Program-made: the position numbers and the translations under genes
From: Octopus bimaculoides
Taxonomy: Eukaryota
Reading direction: 5' to 3'
DNA length: 59,348 nt
Assembly (NCBI RefSeq): GCF_001194135.2
Contig: NC_069006.1
Coordinates: forward strand, 11,730,174-11,789,521
In this document: piece by piece, positions 21,340 through 33,139 of the stretch
Layout of the letters: the number at the start of each line of letters is the position of its first letter
Position numbering within the stretch: position 1 is the stretch's first letter
Notes under the pieces: model-generated
Databases searched by the model: none
What the model saw: the letters and a program-made list of their open reading frames with translations, nothing else
Told to the model about the DNA's origin: nothing

Positions 21340-22330
21340 CAAGAACAGTGACAATAAAAGATGTCAGTTTGGCTCCACAAAAAGAAGGCTCAGTAGATGT
21401 AAACAATATGTTAAAAGGAAGACAGACAATGGTTGTGACAGTGACACGTTGCAAAGTAATAAACAATGGATGTAACAACACCATGTCACAGAGTAACAAA
21501 ATATTAGGCGGGAAAGGAAAGTCCTGTTGCACTTTTGATATGATCACTTTGAGGATACTTTCTCAGTGCTTGCTGTAAAATAAACATTAAGCTTTTCATT
21601 CTGATGGGGTTTTTTTTTTCAGATTACTTCATACCATTGTGGTTAAATTCATATTGATTTTATCCTTTTAAAATGAGTTTAGATCAGACCTATATTAGAC
21701 AGTTTATTAATTAGGAAGAGGCTAAAAATGATATTGTTTCTTTGCTTTGATACCCAAATAGTCTTTATGCATGAGGAATAAACAATTTGCCAATTATGTT
21801 ATCAATAACGAGGGTAAATATTATCTTGCTTATATTTAAATATATCAATTAAGACCCAAGAAGTATTTGTTTCTTTCTCATAGGACTTTCTTTCTAACTT
21901 AATAGTTGTGACAGTAACATATTGCAGGGTAACAGACAGTGGTTGTGACATTGTGATAGCATCATGTTAAAATGTAACAAACAATTCTTTCTTTGGAATA
22001 TCTCGAAGCACGTGCATACAGCTATAAATAACAGCTTGTAAACATTTATTGCTTTATGTGTGTTCTTCGAGATACTAGAAAAAAAAAAAGAAAGAATTAT
22101 TTCACGTTCTCTCAAAACTTCATAAAATTCTTATGACATCAATAAAAAAACAATGTTTGTGACAGCTACATGTCACAAATAAACAGGCTCTGGTTGCCAC
22201 AACTACATTTCAAGGTAAGAGAAATGGTTGTAGACAATGGAGGTGACTGTAACACGTTACAAGGCAACAGTTGATGGATGATTGTAACAGTTTACATGTT
22301 ACAAATTGACTCACAAACTGACTGTAACAA
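21340..22330. repeat. Three patches of a degenerate ~30-35-bp repeat
   Basis: ACAATGGTTGTGACAGT.ACA(C/T)GTTAC/GCAAAG.AAC units at about 21340-21500, 21900-21990 and 22150-22330. Confidence 0.55.
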
Positions 22331-23189
22331 CTGTGATGTAGAAACAATTTAAAAATGGTAATTTAGGTGACATGTTTTTTCTGGGTTTTTTTTTTTCCAA
22401 TTAAAATTATTTCAACAATAATGAGTTTTGTCTAATGGATATAAATATCAATGATAGCTATACAACAATGATACTAACAATAACAAGAACAGTAACAACA
22501 AGAACATTTAAACAGTAACATAGTAATAATAAGTATGGGCATTCAATGAGAAAAGTAACAGGTGTTATGTGGATGTGTTTTTCATTGACAAAGCACTTAT
22601 CTTCAGAAAAAAGCACTTAGTCAGTGATTACAAAAAAGAAGCTATTTCAACAACAATCTTAATATGACAATATATGTGAAATAATGCAGTTGTTATTAAG
22701 AATATGGTGAGTCCCATAAGGTAGATAGGGACTGTGTATATTGTCTGTATATATACAGGGCTGCATATATTATTTCTCTATATACAAGGCTTTGTATATT
22801 ATCTTTGTGTAGGGAATGTGTCAGCTTGCAGTGGAGACTGTCCATTTCAATCAGGTTGCATTGATATGATATATGGGGCTGATTATGAGAATCTAAAGGC
22901 CCAGTTTCAATTCCTGGCTAAAGCTGTTTCAGTTTGATTAGATTGTTTAAAATTGCAGGAACAGCATAAACACTGCCTTGTTGTAACAAAATAGTCAGGG
23001 AGTGAGCCTCTTTGTGGTTCTAGCTCCATCTGCTAGAAATAACAACCAAACTTTCACCCAGCCTCTTGAAAATGGAAAAGTGACATGATCCCAAGCTTCA
23101 GAAGCTGCTGGGGACAAGAAGAAAGAATGCCCCATGGATTTCTGTTGTAGGAACAGAATTAAGATATCTAGTTATCCTTATATCATGGC

Positions 23190-23395
23190 TGTATGTATGT
23201 GTATCTATCCATCCATCCATCCATCTATCTATCTATCTATCAATCCATCGATCGATGTATCGATCGATCGATCAATCCATCCATCGATCTATCTCTCTCT
23301 CTCTCTCTATCACTCGATCGAAACATCCATCCAACCATCCATCCACCGTTCTATCTATTGATCAAGCGATCAATCAAGCGATCGATCAAGTGATC
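23190..23395. repeat. Compound (ATCC)/(ATCT)/(ATCG) microsatellite
   Basis: Directly visible tetranucleotide runs. Confidence 0.9.
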
Positions 23396-23399
23396 CATT

Positions 23400-23745
23400 T
23401 CTTTCTTTCTTTCCAGCCATTGGACTGCAGCCATGCCAGGCATTATCTTAAAGGGTTTAGTCAAACAAATTGTCTCCAATACTTATTTTTAAGTCTGGCA
23501 GTTTTTCCATCAGCCCCCTCTCCTGAACCACTAAGTTACAGGGACATGATATACCGGTTGTCAAGCAGTGGGGGGGGGGACAATACATATATTGATAGGT
23601 TTCCACACAGTCTCTATCTCTCAAGGCATCGATTGGCCCAGGGTTATAGCAGAAAACAATTGGCCACTGTGTCACACAGTAGGACTGAACCTGAAACCAT
23701 GTGGCTGCAAAGCAAGCTTCTTAATCATATGTCCATGCCTGTGCA
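23400..23745 (-). mobile_element. SINE family B copy (diverged)
   Basis: Tail CAGCCATTGGACTGCAGCCATG, CORE-like segment and head recognisable. Confidence 0.6.
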
Positions 23746-23869
23746 TAAGGTATCTAGGAGTATATTATTTAATGTGACCTTTATTTATGACAGAAGGATT
23801 TAGTTTGAGAGAGATTTGGCTGCAATTTTGAACAGGCAGAATGTAGAGTCAATATTGACAGATCATGTG

Positions 23870-24385
23870 AAATAGGTAGATAAATTGGTCAAGAGAGAGA
23901 GAGAGAGAGAGAAATAGGTAGATAGATAGGCAGAGAGAGAGAGAGAGACAGGTAGAGAGAGAGAAATAGGTAGGTTGAGAGAGAAATAGGTAGAGAGAGA
24001 GAGGGAGGGAGAGAAATTGGTAGAGAGAGAGAAGTAGATAGATAGGTAGGTGGAAAGAGAGAGAAATAGGTAGGTAGATAGGTAGATAGATAGATAGATA
24101 GAGAGAGAGAGATAGGAAGAGAGAAATAGGTAGATAAATAGAGAGATAGGTAGAAAGAGAGAGAGATAGGTAGAAAGAGAGAGAAATAGGTAGATAGGTA
24201 GAAATAGGTAGAGAGAGAGAGATAGGTAGATAGATAGATAGATAGAGAGATAGACAGATGGGTAGAAAGAGAGAGAAATAGGTAGTTAGGTAAAGAGAGA
24301 GAGAGAGAGAGAGAGATAGGTAGATAGGTAGAGAGAGAGAGAGAGATAGGTAGATAGATAGGTAGAGACAGAGAGAGAGAGTAAT
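23870..24385. repeat. Purine-rich compound (GA)/(TAGG)/(TAGA) tract
   Basis: Directly visible; explains ORF 23849-24412. Confidence 0.9.
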
Positions 24386-24767
24386 TGCATACAAAGAGTC
24401 AGAAGAGATCATATTTGCAGTTAAGGAAATTAAGTAAAAAAAAGAAGTTTATACAATAACCATGTAGAGTTCTGGGAATTGAACAGACTTTACTTCATCT
24501 CTTGACCTGCTAGAAATAGCTGCCAAATCATCCTCAAATCAAATATTGGTAAAATGCTGACTTTCAGGATACTGATGGTGTAGAACCTCTTGTAATCCAC
24601 ACTAATTTACACTAATGTACAAGTTCCTGTATTTCGTTTGATTATTGAAGTAAATTTAGTATTTGTTTGATTTAGACAATATTAATCAAGGTGACCACTC
24701 ACCTGGTTCAGAAAAATCTGGAAATGCTTTGGAAATAAAGGTTTCCAAAAAGCCAATGTACCTACAC

Positions 24768-25400
24768 ATCATCGTCATCGTTTAACGTCTGTTTTCCATG
24801 TTGGCATGGGTTGGATGGTTCAACTGGGGTCTGGGAAGCCAGGAGGCTGCACCAGGCTTCAGTCTGATCTGGCAGAGTTTCTACAGCTGGATGCCCTTCC
24901 TAACGCCAACCACTCCGAGAGTGTAGTGGGTGCTTTTTTTATATGCCATTGGCACTGGCATCGACCACGATTGGATGGTTCTTTTTATGTGCCACTGGCA
25001 CAGGGATCACAACTACAATTTCCATTTGATTGTGATTTTGATGTACTTGATTCGATAGGTCTCCTCAAGCACGGTATGTCACCCTACAATCCAAAGTTCT
25101 TTTTGAGTGGACTGGTTATGCGACGCTGGTGTCGGTTACAGCTGTGAACTCACTTTATTTGCCGGGTCTTCTCCGTCATAGCATATCTCCAGAGGTCTCG
25201 GTCTTTCGTCGTTGCCTCTGTGAGGCCCAATGTTCGAAGGTCATGCTTCACCACCTCATCCCATGTCTTCCTGGGTCTCCCTCTACCCTGGATTCCTTCA
25301 ACTGGGAGTGGAACTTCTTCACACAGCTCTCCTCATCCATCCATAGTACATGATCATACCAACACAAACGTCTCTCTTGCACGCCACATCCGATGATGGT
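24768..25400 (-). mobile_element. RTE LINE 3' end with decayed C-terminal ORF
   Basis: Same tail and 3' UTR; 25150-25395 aligns to the coding remnant at 19455-19691. Confidence 0.8.
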
Positions 25401-25559
25401 TTAAAAAAAATAAAAAATGAAAAAAAATATAAAAGAAAGGAAGGACACATGATTATATTTGGTTTGGGACACAATATGTCTGGATAATAGAAATAAGTAA
25501 TAGGAAACAAAGGAACCAAAGATGTAGTGGCCACAGATGGAATGTCTTTGATCACGGGT

Positions 25560-26110
25560 TACTTTAATTGAAGCTGACCTGGGATTAAATAACAAGGAGT
25601 TAAGAAGAGAACTGAGGCATAGACCTACTAGAAATAGCAGCCAAATCTTTCACAATTCACGTCGTATTGTTTTAAACAAGGCAGAATATATTAGATCGTG
25701 TATTCCTAGATGTATGTATTACTATAAGGCTGGGTGGTCATGTCTGGAACGTTTTTGATCATGTGTTGGATCAGGCCTGACCTGGGGATAAATAAATAAC
25801 AAAACTGAAAAACATTCGAAAATGTAGTCCTAGTTATATTATGACAGGTTATAAGGCAGGATGGTCATAACTGGGACATCTTTGATCATAGCTTTGTTGG
25901 ATCAGGCTAAATAAATAACAACAACAAAGAAAACATTAGATGTGTAATCCTAGTTATACAATGCCTGATTATAATACATGTTGGGCATGGCTGGAACGTC
26001 TTTGATCAGATGTCTGCTGGATGGAGCAGGCCTGATGTGGGCTAAATAATAATAGAGAACACATTAAATAATGTAGCCTCTAGACTTGATACATTTCGTT
26101 ATGAGGTGGG
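25560..26110 (-). repeat. Degenerate tandem array (3-4 units) of the same dispersed repeat as 7240-7770
   Basis: GATGGTCAT(A/G).CTGG.AC.T.TTTGATCA...GATCAGGC..GACCTGGGG.TAAATAA recurring about every 110-140 bp. Confidence 0.65.
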
Positions 26111-26124
26111 GGGTCTTTATCTCT

Positions 26125-26500
26125 TTTACTTTTACCCAGTCATTGGACTGTGGTCATGCTGGAGCACCAACTCAAATGGCTTAGTTGAAGAAATTGACTG
26201 CAGTACTTTTATTTTTTAAAATCTGGTTCTTATTCTATTGGTGTCTTTTGCTTAATCACTAAGTTACTGGGACACAAACAAGCCAACCCTGATTGTCAAA
26301 CAGCAAAGGACGCATATAACCACATATATATACATATACGGTGAGCTTCCATTATGTTCCCATCTACCAAATCATTCCCAAGGCATTGATGGGCCTCAAG
26401 CTATAGTAGAAAACTCTTGCCCAAGGTGCCACTTGGTGGGACTGAATCTGAAACCACGTGGGTGCAAAGTGATCTTTTTAACCACTCAGCTATACATGCA
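26125..26500 (-). mobile_element. SINE family B copy
   Basis: CAGTCATTGGACTGTGGTCATGCTGGAGCACC tail; CTTGCCCAAGGTGCC CORE-like segment. Confidence 0.7.
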
Positions 26501-26871
26501 TCTAAGGGATGGTCATAAACGGGACATTTTTGATCATAGGGCTGCAGTGATTAGGCCTGTCCTGGGGCCAAAAGAAGGGGCACATTAGATAATAATGTTG
26601 TCTGAATATAAGTCAAGGTGTTCAGCATTGGAATGCTGTTGGATTATAGGCCAGGTGGGTCAGGAAGAACTNNNNNNNNNNNNNNNNNNNNNNNNNNNNN
26701 NNNNNNNNNNNNTTAACTGCCATCCTCTTTATCTAATTGCAGTGTGTAAGGTGTTCGCTGAGAAATATAATAGCAAATGTGACAGCTGTTTGTGTTGTGC
26801 TGATTCAGTTGATGGTGATTTACACAAAAGAGCTTGTAATGGTGGGAGAGAACAAGTTTATAGGAGAATAG

Positions 26872-26913
<42 letters not shown>

Positions 26914-27041
26914 GTTTATGGCAGGTTTTGGGAGAGGGGAGAGTAACGACAACATGATACACGATCACATGAGTGTGTGTATATACGAGTGTATGCATAT
27001 ATGTATTTATGTGAACATATATGCATGTGTGTGCATATATA

Positions 27042-27756
27042 CAGGGTGCGATGGGTAAATTGTCGCCATTTTATAGTTTTTATTTTGTGCATGCACATTG
27101 TTTGTTTTTGATTTTGTCGACTACACAGTATAGTAGGGTCAGTTGAGCACCATCTGTGAGAAAAACAGCACCATGACACAATTCACTTTGCCAAAAATTT
27201 GGAAATGACATGCTGTACTGTTTGGCATAAGTGTTTGGGTATCAATCTGAGGACAAGAATGATAAAAATCAAACATCCAGTCAGCATCATGGTGTTTGAA
27301 GTGATCACTAGTGATGCTGATGTTATGCCTCCATTCATCTTCTCACATGGCCTCACACTCAACACGGAGGAGGTAGTGCTGCCCTGGGTCAAGAGGGTGG
27401 CTGCTGGAAGACCCTGTGTCTGCCAACAGGACTCTGCACCATGCCACGCGAGTAGGAGAACCCAGGAATGGCTATCAGACAATTTCTGCGACCACATCAC
27501 CCCTAACATCTGGCCACCTAACTCCCCAGACTGCAGCCCCCTTGATTATTATGTGTGAGAGCACAGTTGAGCGAGAGACCAACAAAACTCCTTGTAATAC
27601 CAAAGATGAACTAAAGTCAAAGATTATGCCAGCATTCACCAACTTAAACAAGGAGACTGTCCTGAAGAGTTGCAGGAGATTCCGAAGTTGTCTGGAGGTC
27701 ATGGTTGAAGCCAATGGCGATTTTATTGAATAAATTTGCTCTTTAGTATTTCAAGA
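27042..27756 (+). mobile_element. Tc1/mariner superfamily, maT (DD37D) transposon, internally deleted; right end in gap
   Basis: TA then CAGGGTG terminus; QQDSAPCH...WPPNSPDCSPLDYYV with exactly 37 residues between the second and third Asp; C-terminus ...VEANGDFIE* in a shifted frame. Confidence 0.85.
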
Positions 27757-28062
27757 NNNNNNNNNNNNNNNNNNNNNNNNNNNNNNNNNNNNNNNNNNNN
27801 NNNNNNNNNNNNNNNNNNNNNNNNNNNNNNNNNNNNNNNNNNNNNNNNNNNNNNNNNNNNNNNNNNNNNNNNNNNNNNNNNNNNNNNNNNNNNNNNNNNN
27901 NNNNNNNNNNNNNNNNNNNNNNNNNNNNNNNNNNNNNNNNNNNNNNNNNNNNNNNNNNNNNNNNNNNNNNNNNNNNNNNNNNNNNNNNNNNNNNNNNNNN
28001 NNNNNNNNNNNNNNNNNNNNNNNNNNNNNNNNNNNNNNNNNNNNNNNNNNNNNNNNNNNNNN

Positions 28063-28112
<50 letters not shown>

Positions 28113-28599
28113 GATAGATAGATAGATATATGTGCCTTCCATAGTGGCTTTCTCTTTGCATCTTTCAAAGCTTTTCAGGTTTGTTTACAAATATTATATA
28201 AATGTATACATGTTATAATTATATAAATGCATATATACATATGCATGTATATTTGCATACACACACACATACGTGTATCTATATACATTCTCACTTATTA
28301 TCTTCAACATTTTTATATCACATCAGTTTTTTTTTTTCCTTTTCCCTGTCATCATGGGTTGGACAAAACTTCCTGAAACCCTTTCCTAAGGCCTTATTTT
28401 CAAAGTAAGATGCTTCATTTCATGTCCTTGCTCCTCAAATGATTGAACTGCCAGACTATTTATTTATGTGGGACATAAGTAAACACTATCACCATTGCCC
28501 AAGTGATGTCTGTGTGAAGACATTCAAGGCTTCATGGTTTCAACTAGCCTCCACTTCTCAAAATTGCTGGCCTTGTGTCTAGATTAGAAATAGTAATCA

Positions 28600-28830
28600 T
28601 AACAATTCTTTCTTTATTAGCCACAAGGGCTGCGATAATAATCATAATAATAATCCTTTCTATTATGGACACAAGGCCAGGAAGGGTAAGGCGATTACAT
28701 CGACCCCAGTGCATAACTGGTACTTATTTAATCAATCCCGAAAGGATGAAAGGCAAAGTCAACCTCGGTGGAATTTGAACTCAGAATGTAGCAGCAAACA
28801 AAATGCTGGTAAGTATTTTGTCCAGCGTGC
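28600..28830 (-). mobile_element. SINE family A copy
   Basis: Core ACTGGTACTTATTTAATCAATCCCGAAAGGATGAAAGGCAAAGTC (reverse complement). Confidence 0.7.
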
Positions 28831-28874
28831 TAATGATTCTGTCATAATAATATGCCTTAATAATAATAATAATA

Positions 28875-29395
28875 ATCATCTTCATCATCGTTCAACGTCT
28901 GCCTTCCATGCTAGCATGGGTTGGATGATTTGACTGAGGAATGGTGAACCAGATGGCTGCACCAGGCTCCAATCTGATCTGGCAGAGTTTCTACAGCTGG
29001 ATGCCCTTCCTAATGCCAACCACTCCAAGAGTATAGTGGGTGCTTTTACGTGCCACTGGCACAAGGGCCAGTCAGGCGGTACTGGCAACGGCCACGCTCA
29101 AAATGGTGTTTTTTACCTGTCACCTGCACAGGAGCCAGTCCAGCGGCACTGGCAACGACCTCGCTCGAATGTTTTTTCACGTGCCAGTAAGGCGACGCTG
29201 GTAATGATCATGCTCAAATGGTGCTATTTACATGCCACTGGCATGGAAGCCAGACAGCTGCTCTGGCAATGATCACACTCGGATGGTGCTCTTAGCGCTC
29301 CACTGGCACAGGTGCCAATCATTGAATTCTGTCCAATCACGATTTCAATTTCACTTGCCCCAACAGGTCTTCGCAAGCCGAGTTTAGTGTCCAAA
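28875..29395 (-). mobile_element. RTE LINE 3' UTR with about five subrepeats
   Basis: Tail CATCATCGTTCAACGTC, palindrome CCATGCTAGCATGG, subrepeat array. Confidence 0.8.
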
Positions 29396-29404
29396 TAATA
29401 ATCT

Positions 29405-29785
29405 TTTACCTTTTATCTTTGACTAGTTTCAGTCATTGGACTGTGGCCATGCTGGGGCACCACCTTGAAGAGTTTTTAGCTGAACAAATTGACCCTGGTA
29501 CTAACGTTTTTTTTTATATTAAAGTCTGGTAACTATTCTATCACTTCCTTTTGCCAAACTGCCAAGTTACAAGGATGGAAACAAACCAACGTGAGTTGTC
29601 AAGTGGTGGGTGTATGTGTGAGTGGCAAAGACACACCTAGATACATGTATATGATGGGCTTCCACACAGTTTCCATCTACCAGATTCACTCACAAGGCAT
29701 TGATTGGTTCAGGGCTATAGTAGAATACACTTGCCTACTGTAATTGAACCTGAAACCATGTGGTTACAGAGTGAGTTTCTTAACC
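29405..29785 (-). mobile_element. SINE family B copy
   Basis: Tail, microsatellite and head modules as at 18264. Confidence 0.65.
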
Positions 29786-29892
29786 ACACAACCATAAAAA
29801 TAATGATTATTATTAATATTAAGATGGCAGCAAAGGTGGTGAGCTGGCAGAATTGTCAGCATGCTGAGCAAAATGCTTGGCATTTCATGCAT

Positions 29893-30285
29893 TCTTTTAT
29901 TCTTTCAGTCATTTGACTGCGGCCATGCTGGAGCACCGCCTTTAGTCGAGCAAATAGACCCCAGGTCTTATTCTTTGTAAGCCTGGTACTTATTCTATCG
30001 GTCTGTTTTGCCAAACCGCTATGTTATGGGGACGTAGACACACTACCATCGGTTGTCAAGTGATGGTGGGGGGACAAACATAGACACACAAACATATTCA
30101 CACACATACATATATATATAATGGGATTCTTTCAGTTTCTATCTACCAAATCCACTCACAAGGCTTTGGTTAGCCCAAGGCTATAGTAGAAGACACTTGC
30201 CCAAGGTGCCACGCAGTGGGACTGAACCCGGAACTATGTTGTTGGTAAGCAAGCTACTAACCACAAAGCCACTCCTGTGCCTGCA
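29893..30285 (-). mobile_element. SINE family B copy
   Basis: Near full length, high similarity to 18264 and 34113. Confidence 0.85.
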
Positions 30286-30721
30286 TGTGTATANNNNNNN
30301 NNNNNNNNNNNNNNNNNNNNNNNNNNNNNNNNNNNNNNNNNNNNNNNNNNNNNNNNNNNNNNNNNNNNNNNNNNNNNNNNNNNNNNNNNNNNNNNNNNNN
30401 NNNNNNNNNNNNNNNNNNNNNNNNNNNNNNNNNNNNNNNNNNNNNNNNNNNNNNNNNNNNNNNNNNNNNNNNNNNNNNNNNNNNNNNNNNNNNNNNNNNN
30501 NNNNNNNNNNNNNNNNNNNNNNNNNNNNNNNNNNNNNNNNNNNNNNNNNNNNNNNNNNNNNNNNNNNNNNNNNNNNNNNNNNNNNNNNNNNNNNNNNNNN
30601 NNNNNNNNNNNNNNNNNNNNNNNNNNNNNNNNNNNNNNNNNNNNNNNNNNNNNNNNNNNNNNNNNNNNNNNNNNNNNNNNNNNNNNNNNNNNNNNNNNNN
30701 NNNNNNNNNNNNNNNNNNNNN

Positions 30722-30747
30722 AGACAGAAACTGAAAGAAGCCCGTCG

Positions 30748-30778
<31 letters not shown>

Positions 30779-31000
30779 GTGTGTGTGTATTTGTGTGTCT
30801 GTGTTTGTCCCCCCAATATCGCTTGACAACCGATGCTGGTGTGTTTACGTCCCCGTAACTTAACGGTTTGGCAAAAAGAGACCGATATTATAAGTACTAG
30901 GCTTACAAAGAATAAGTCCTGGGGTTGATTTGCTCAACTAAAGGCGGTGCTCCAGCATGACCACAGTCAAATGACTGAAACAAGTAAAAGAGTAAAGAGA
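30722..31000 (+). mobile_element. SINE family B copy (5' part in gap), inverted relative to 29893 copy
   Basis: GAAACTGAAAGAAGCCCGTCG-(TA)(TG)n-...GACTGAAACAAGTAAAAGAG. Confidence 0.85.
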
Positions 31001-32521
31001 GGGGTTCCTGGAGACGTGTAATTTATTTTAAGGGTTACACAAGGGTAGAAAGGTTGAGAAACACTGCTTTACACTCTCGGGTAGAAATTCCTCCAAGGAT
31101 GACTCTGCCTTGCATCCTTCTGGCATTTGAAAAAATAAAGTACCAATCAAGTACTGGAGTTAATGCGATCGACTACCCCTTCCCTCAAAATTTGTTAGCC
31201 TTGTGCCAAAATTAGAAAGAATTATTATTATTGCTATTATTATTGTTGTTGTTGTTGTTATACCATTAAACATCTCCACTGGTAAACATAGAATTGAGAT
31301 GACAACATGAGTAGTAGTAGTAGTCTAGCCCATGGTGAACCCTCATCTAGCAAATCCATAGTCAAAAGCATTCTGGCCATGACCATCTCAGCTTTTGTTT
31401 TTTAAGGCATCATGAATCTAAGACAACACTATTCAATGTGTACTTCCAGCTTAAAAGAGGATAAGAAATTAGGCTATTATTTCCAGTAGTTTGAGAGACC
31501 ACGTAGAGGTTCCAGTGTTTGTTTGTAATTATTGTTATTGATGTTTTTAGCTCTTGGTTAACTTGGATCCAGTAGGCAAATGATCAACAGTTTCCCTTGT
31601 TGGGTGGTAGTGTTGAAGTGGTGTGTTTGTGTTGTAGTAGTGTGTTTGTGCTGTACTAGGGATACAGGGGTATTTATAGTGTTGTGGCAGTGTAGTGTGG
31701 TAATGTTGTTAATTTTGCTGTTATAGTTGGAGTAGTAGTAGTTGTCAAGGTAGAAGCACGACAGCGTCCATTGCACTTGTACAATGACACGTGTTATATG
31801 TGCAAGTTAATGTATGATTTATGTGGGAGGGTACCAGCTGGAGTTAAGTACTGGAATATAAGCGGACACTGACACACACACACACAGACAGCACTGACAA
31901 ACACACATTGACAGACACACACAGACACTCACATAGGCGCGCACACACACGCACAGATTCACACACATGCGTACACTCACATAAACACTGACACTAACGC
32001 GCACACACATGCATAAACCTACATATGCACACATAATAATACTGGCCGAAATTCGGTCCCATGTAAAGCACGTTATTACTAAACGTCGTCGATCGGTTGT
32101 TAGAGAGTTCTACGCGGCAGAGTGGGCAGATGTGTCACCTACGAAGACAATAACAACGTTGACGACTTTGCTGACGACGATAGTGATGATGACGTCTTTC
32201 ACTTTGCCACAGACAATACGGGACTATATAAACAGTCATTATCTCTAACTTTATGTATGTGTTTGTTTGCTTGTATGCGTGATGTATTACAAAACAATAA
32301 AAATTCAAATTAAATATAATAGTACGCGTGTATTGGCTACGATGACTCTATCACGATATAATTGTTATGCATGTGTGTGTATTTTCTCTTTTTCAATGTA
32401 GACCGGCCACCTTCTTTGAAGCAAGGCTGTGAAGGAAAGCATCCTTTGTTTATTATCCTTTAAATCTTGAGGTCTTGCAGATGTATGTGTGTGAGAGAGA
32501 GAGAGAGAGTGAGTTTATCTA

Positions 32522-32571
<50 letters not shown>

Positions 32572-32732
32572 TATGTATGTATATGTGTGTGTGAGAGAGA
32601 GAAAGCGAACGTGTGCATTATCTATATATGCGCGTGTCTATGCTTGTTATACATATGTATATGTAGTTTCTACTCTTACTGTTATTGTTGATGTTTGATG
32701 CTTTGGTTGTTATTGTTGTTGTCGTCACTCAC

Positions 32733-32996
32733 CTCATACGTCAGGTAAACACCAGAATTATTGTAGAGATGTTGGTAAAAACATTCTTCTTTGCCGGCAC
32801 CAATTTCAAATTTAAACTCTACATCGACGGAGTGCAGCATTAAAGTGGACAGATTGACCGTTTCTGTCGCCTCTTCGTGGCTTTCCTCGACACCTTGTTG
32901 GAAGTTTCCGTCATTCGATTCCACTACAGCCATGCAAACAATTAACCAAATACAGACAATCCTCTTGGTCGTCCACCTACAACAGTTGAAGGCCAT
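32733..32996 (-). CDS. TMED6: TMED6-like p24 protein, exon 1 (signal peptide and GOLD start)
   Basis: ATG in strong context (AAG-ATG-G); MAFNCCRWTTKRIVCIWLIVCMAVVES signal-peptide-like segment; EFKFEIGAGKEECFYQ GOLD motif; donor GAG|GTGAGT, phase 0. Joined CDS 264+118+146+234 = 762 nt, 253 aa. Confidence 0.95.
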
Positions 32997-33000
32997 CTTT

Positions 33001-33006
33001 TCACAT
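33001..33006 (-). promoter_or_regulatory. Start-stop uORF (ATG-TGA) 4 nt upstream of the TMED6-like ATG
   Basis: Minus strand GGAG-ATGTGA-AAAG-ATGG. Functional only if inside the 5' UTR; TSS unknown. Confidence 0.45.
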
Positions 33007-33052
33007 CTCCCTGTTCGTACGAGGCTTCCACTCTTCTTACCTATCGATTCTA

Positions 33053-33070
33053 TCAGCTGGATAAGTCCAT
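33053..33070 (-). promoter_or_regulatory. Short out-of-frame uORF (MDLSS*)
   Basis: ATG GAC TTA TCC AGC TGA on the minus strand; depends on TSS position. Confidence 0.3.
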
Positions 33071-33139
33071 TTTCACCTGACTTGGGGGGGATCAACATGG
33101 ATTTGCTTCTGTGCTCGTCTCGACTTGTTTCAAATCACT

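Noticed and set aside
22821-22937. Plus-strand exon-like segment in intron 1 (GNVSACSGDCPFQSGC...)
   Set aside because: Isolated, about 40 codons, no recognisable homology; within chance expectation.
517-29272. Recurrent ORFs with LQSDLA.FLQLDALPN or EWLVLGRASSCRN
   Set aside because: Fortuitous frames in the RTE 3' UTR, repeated because the element is repeated.
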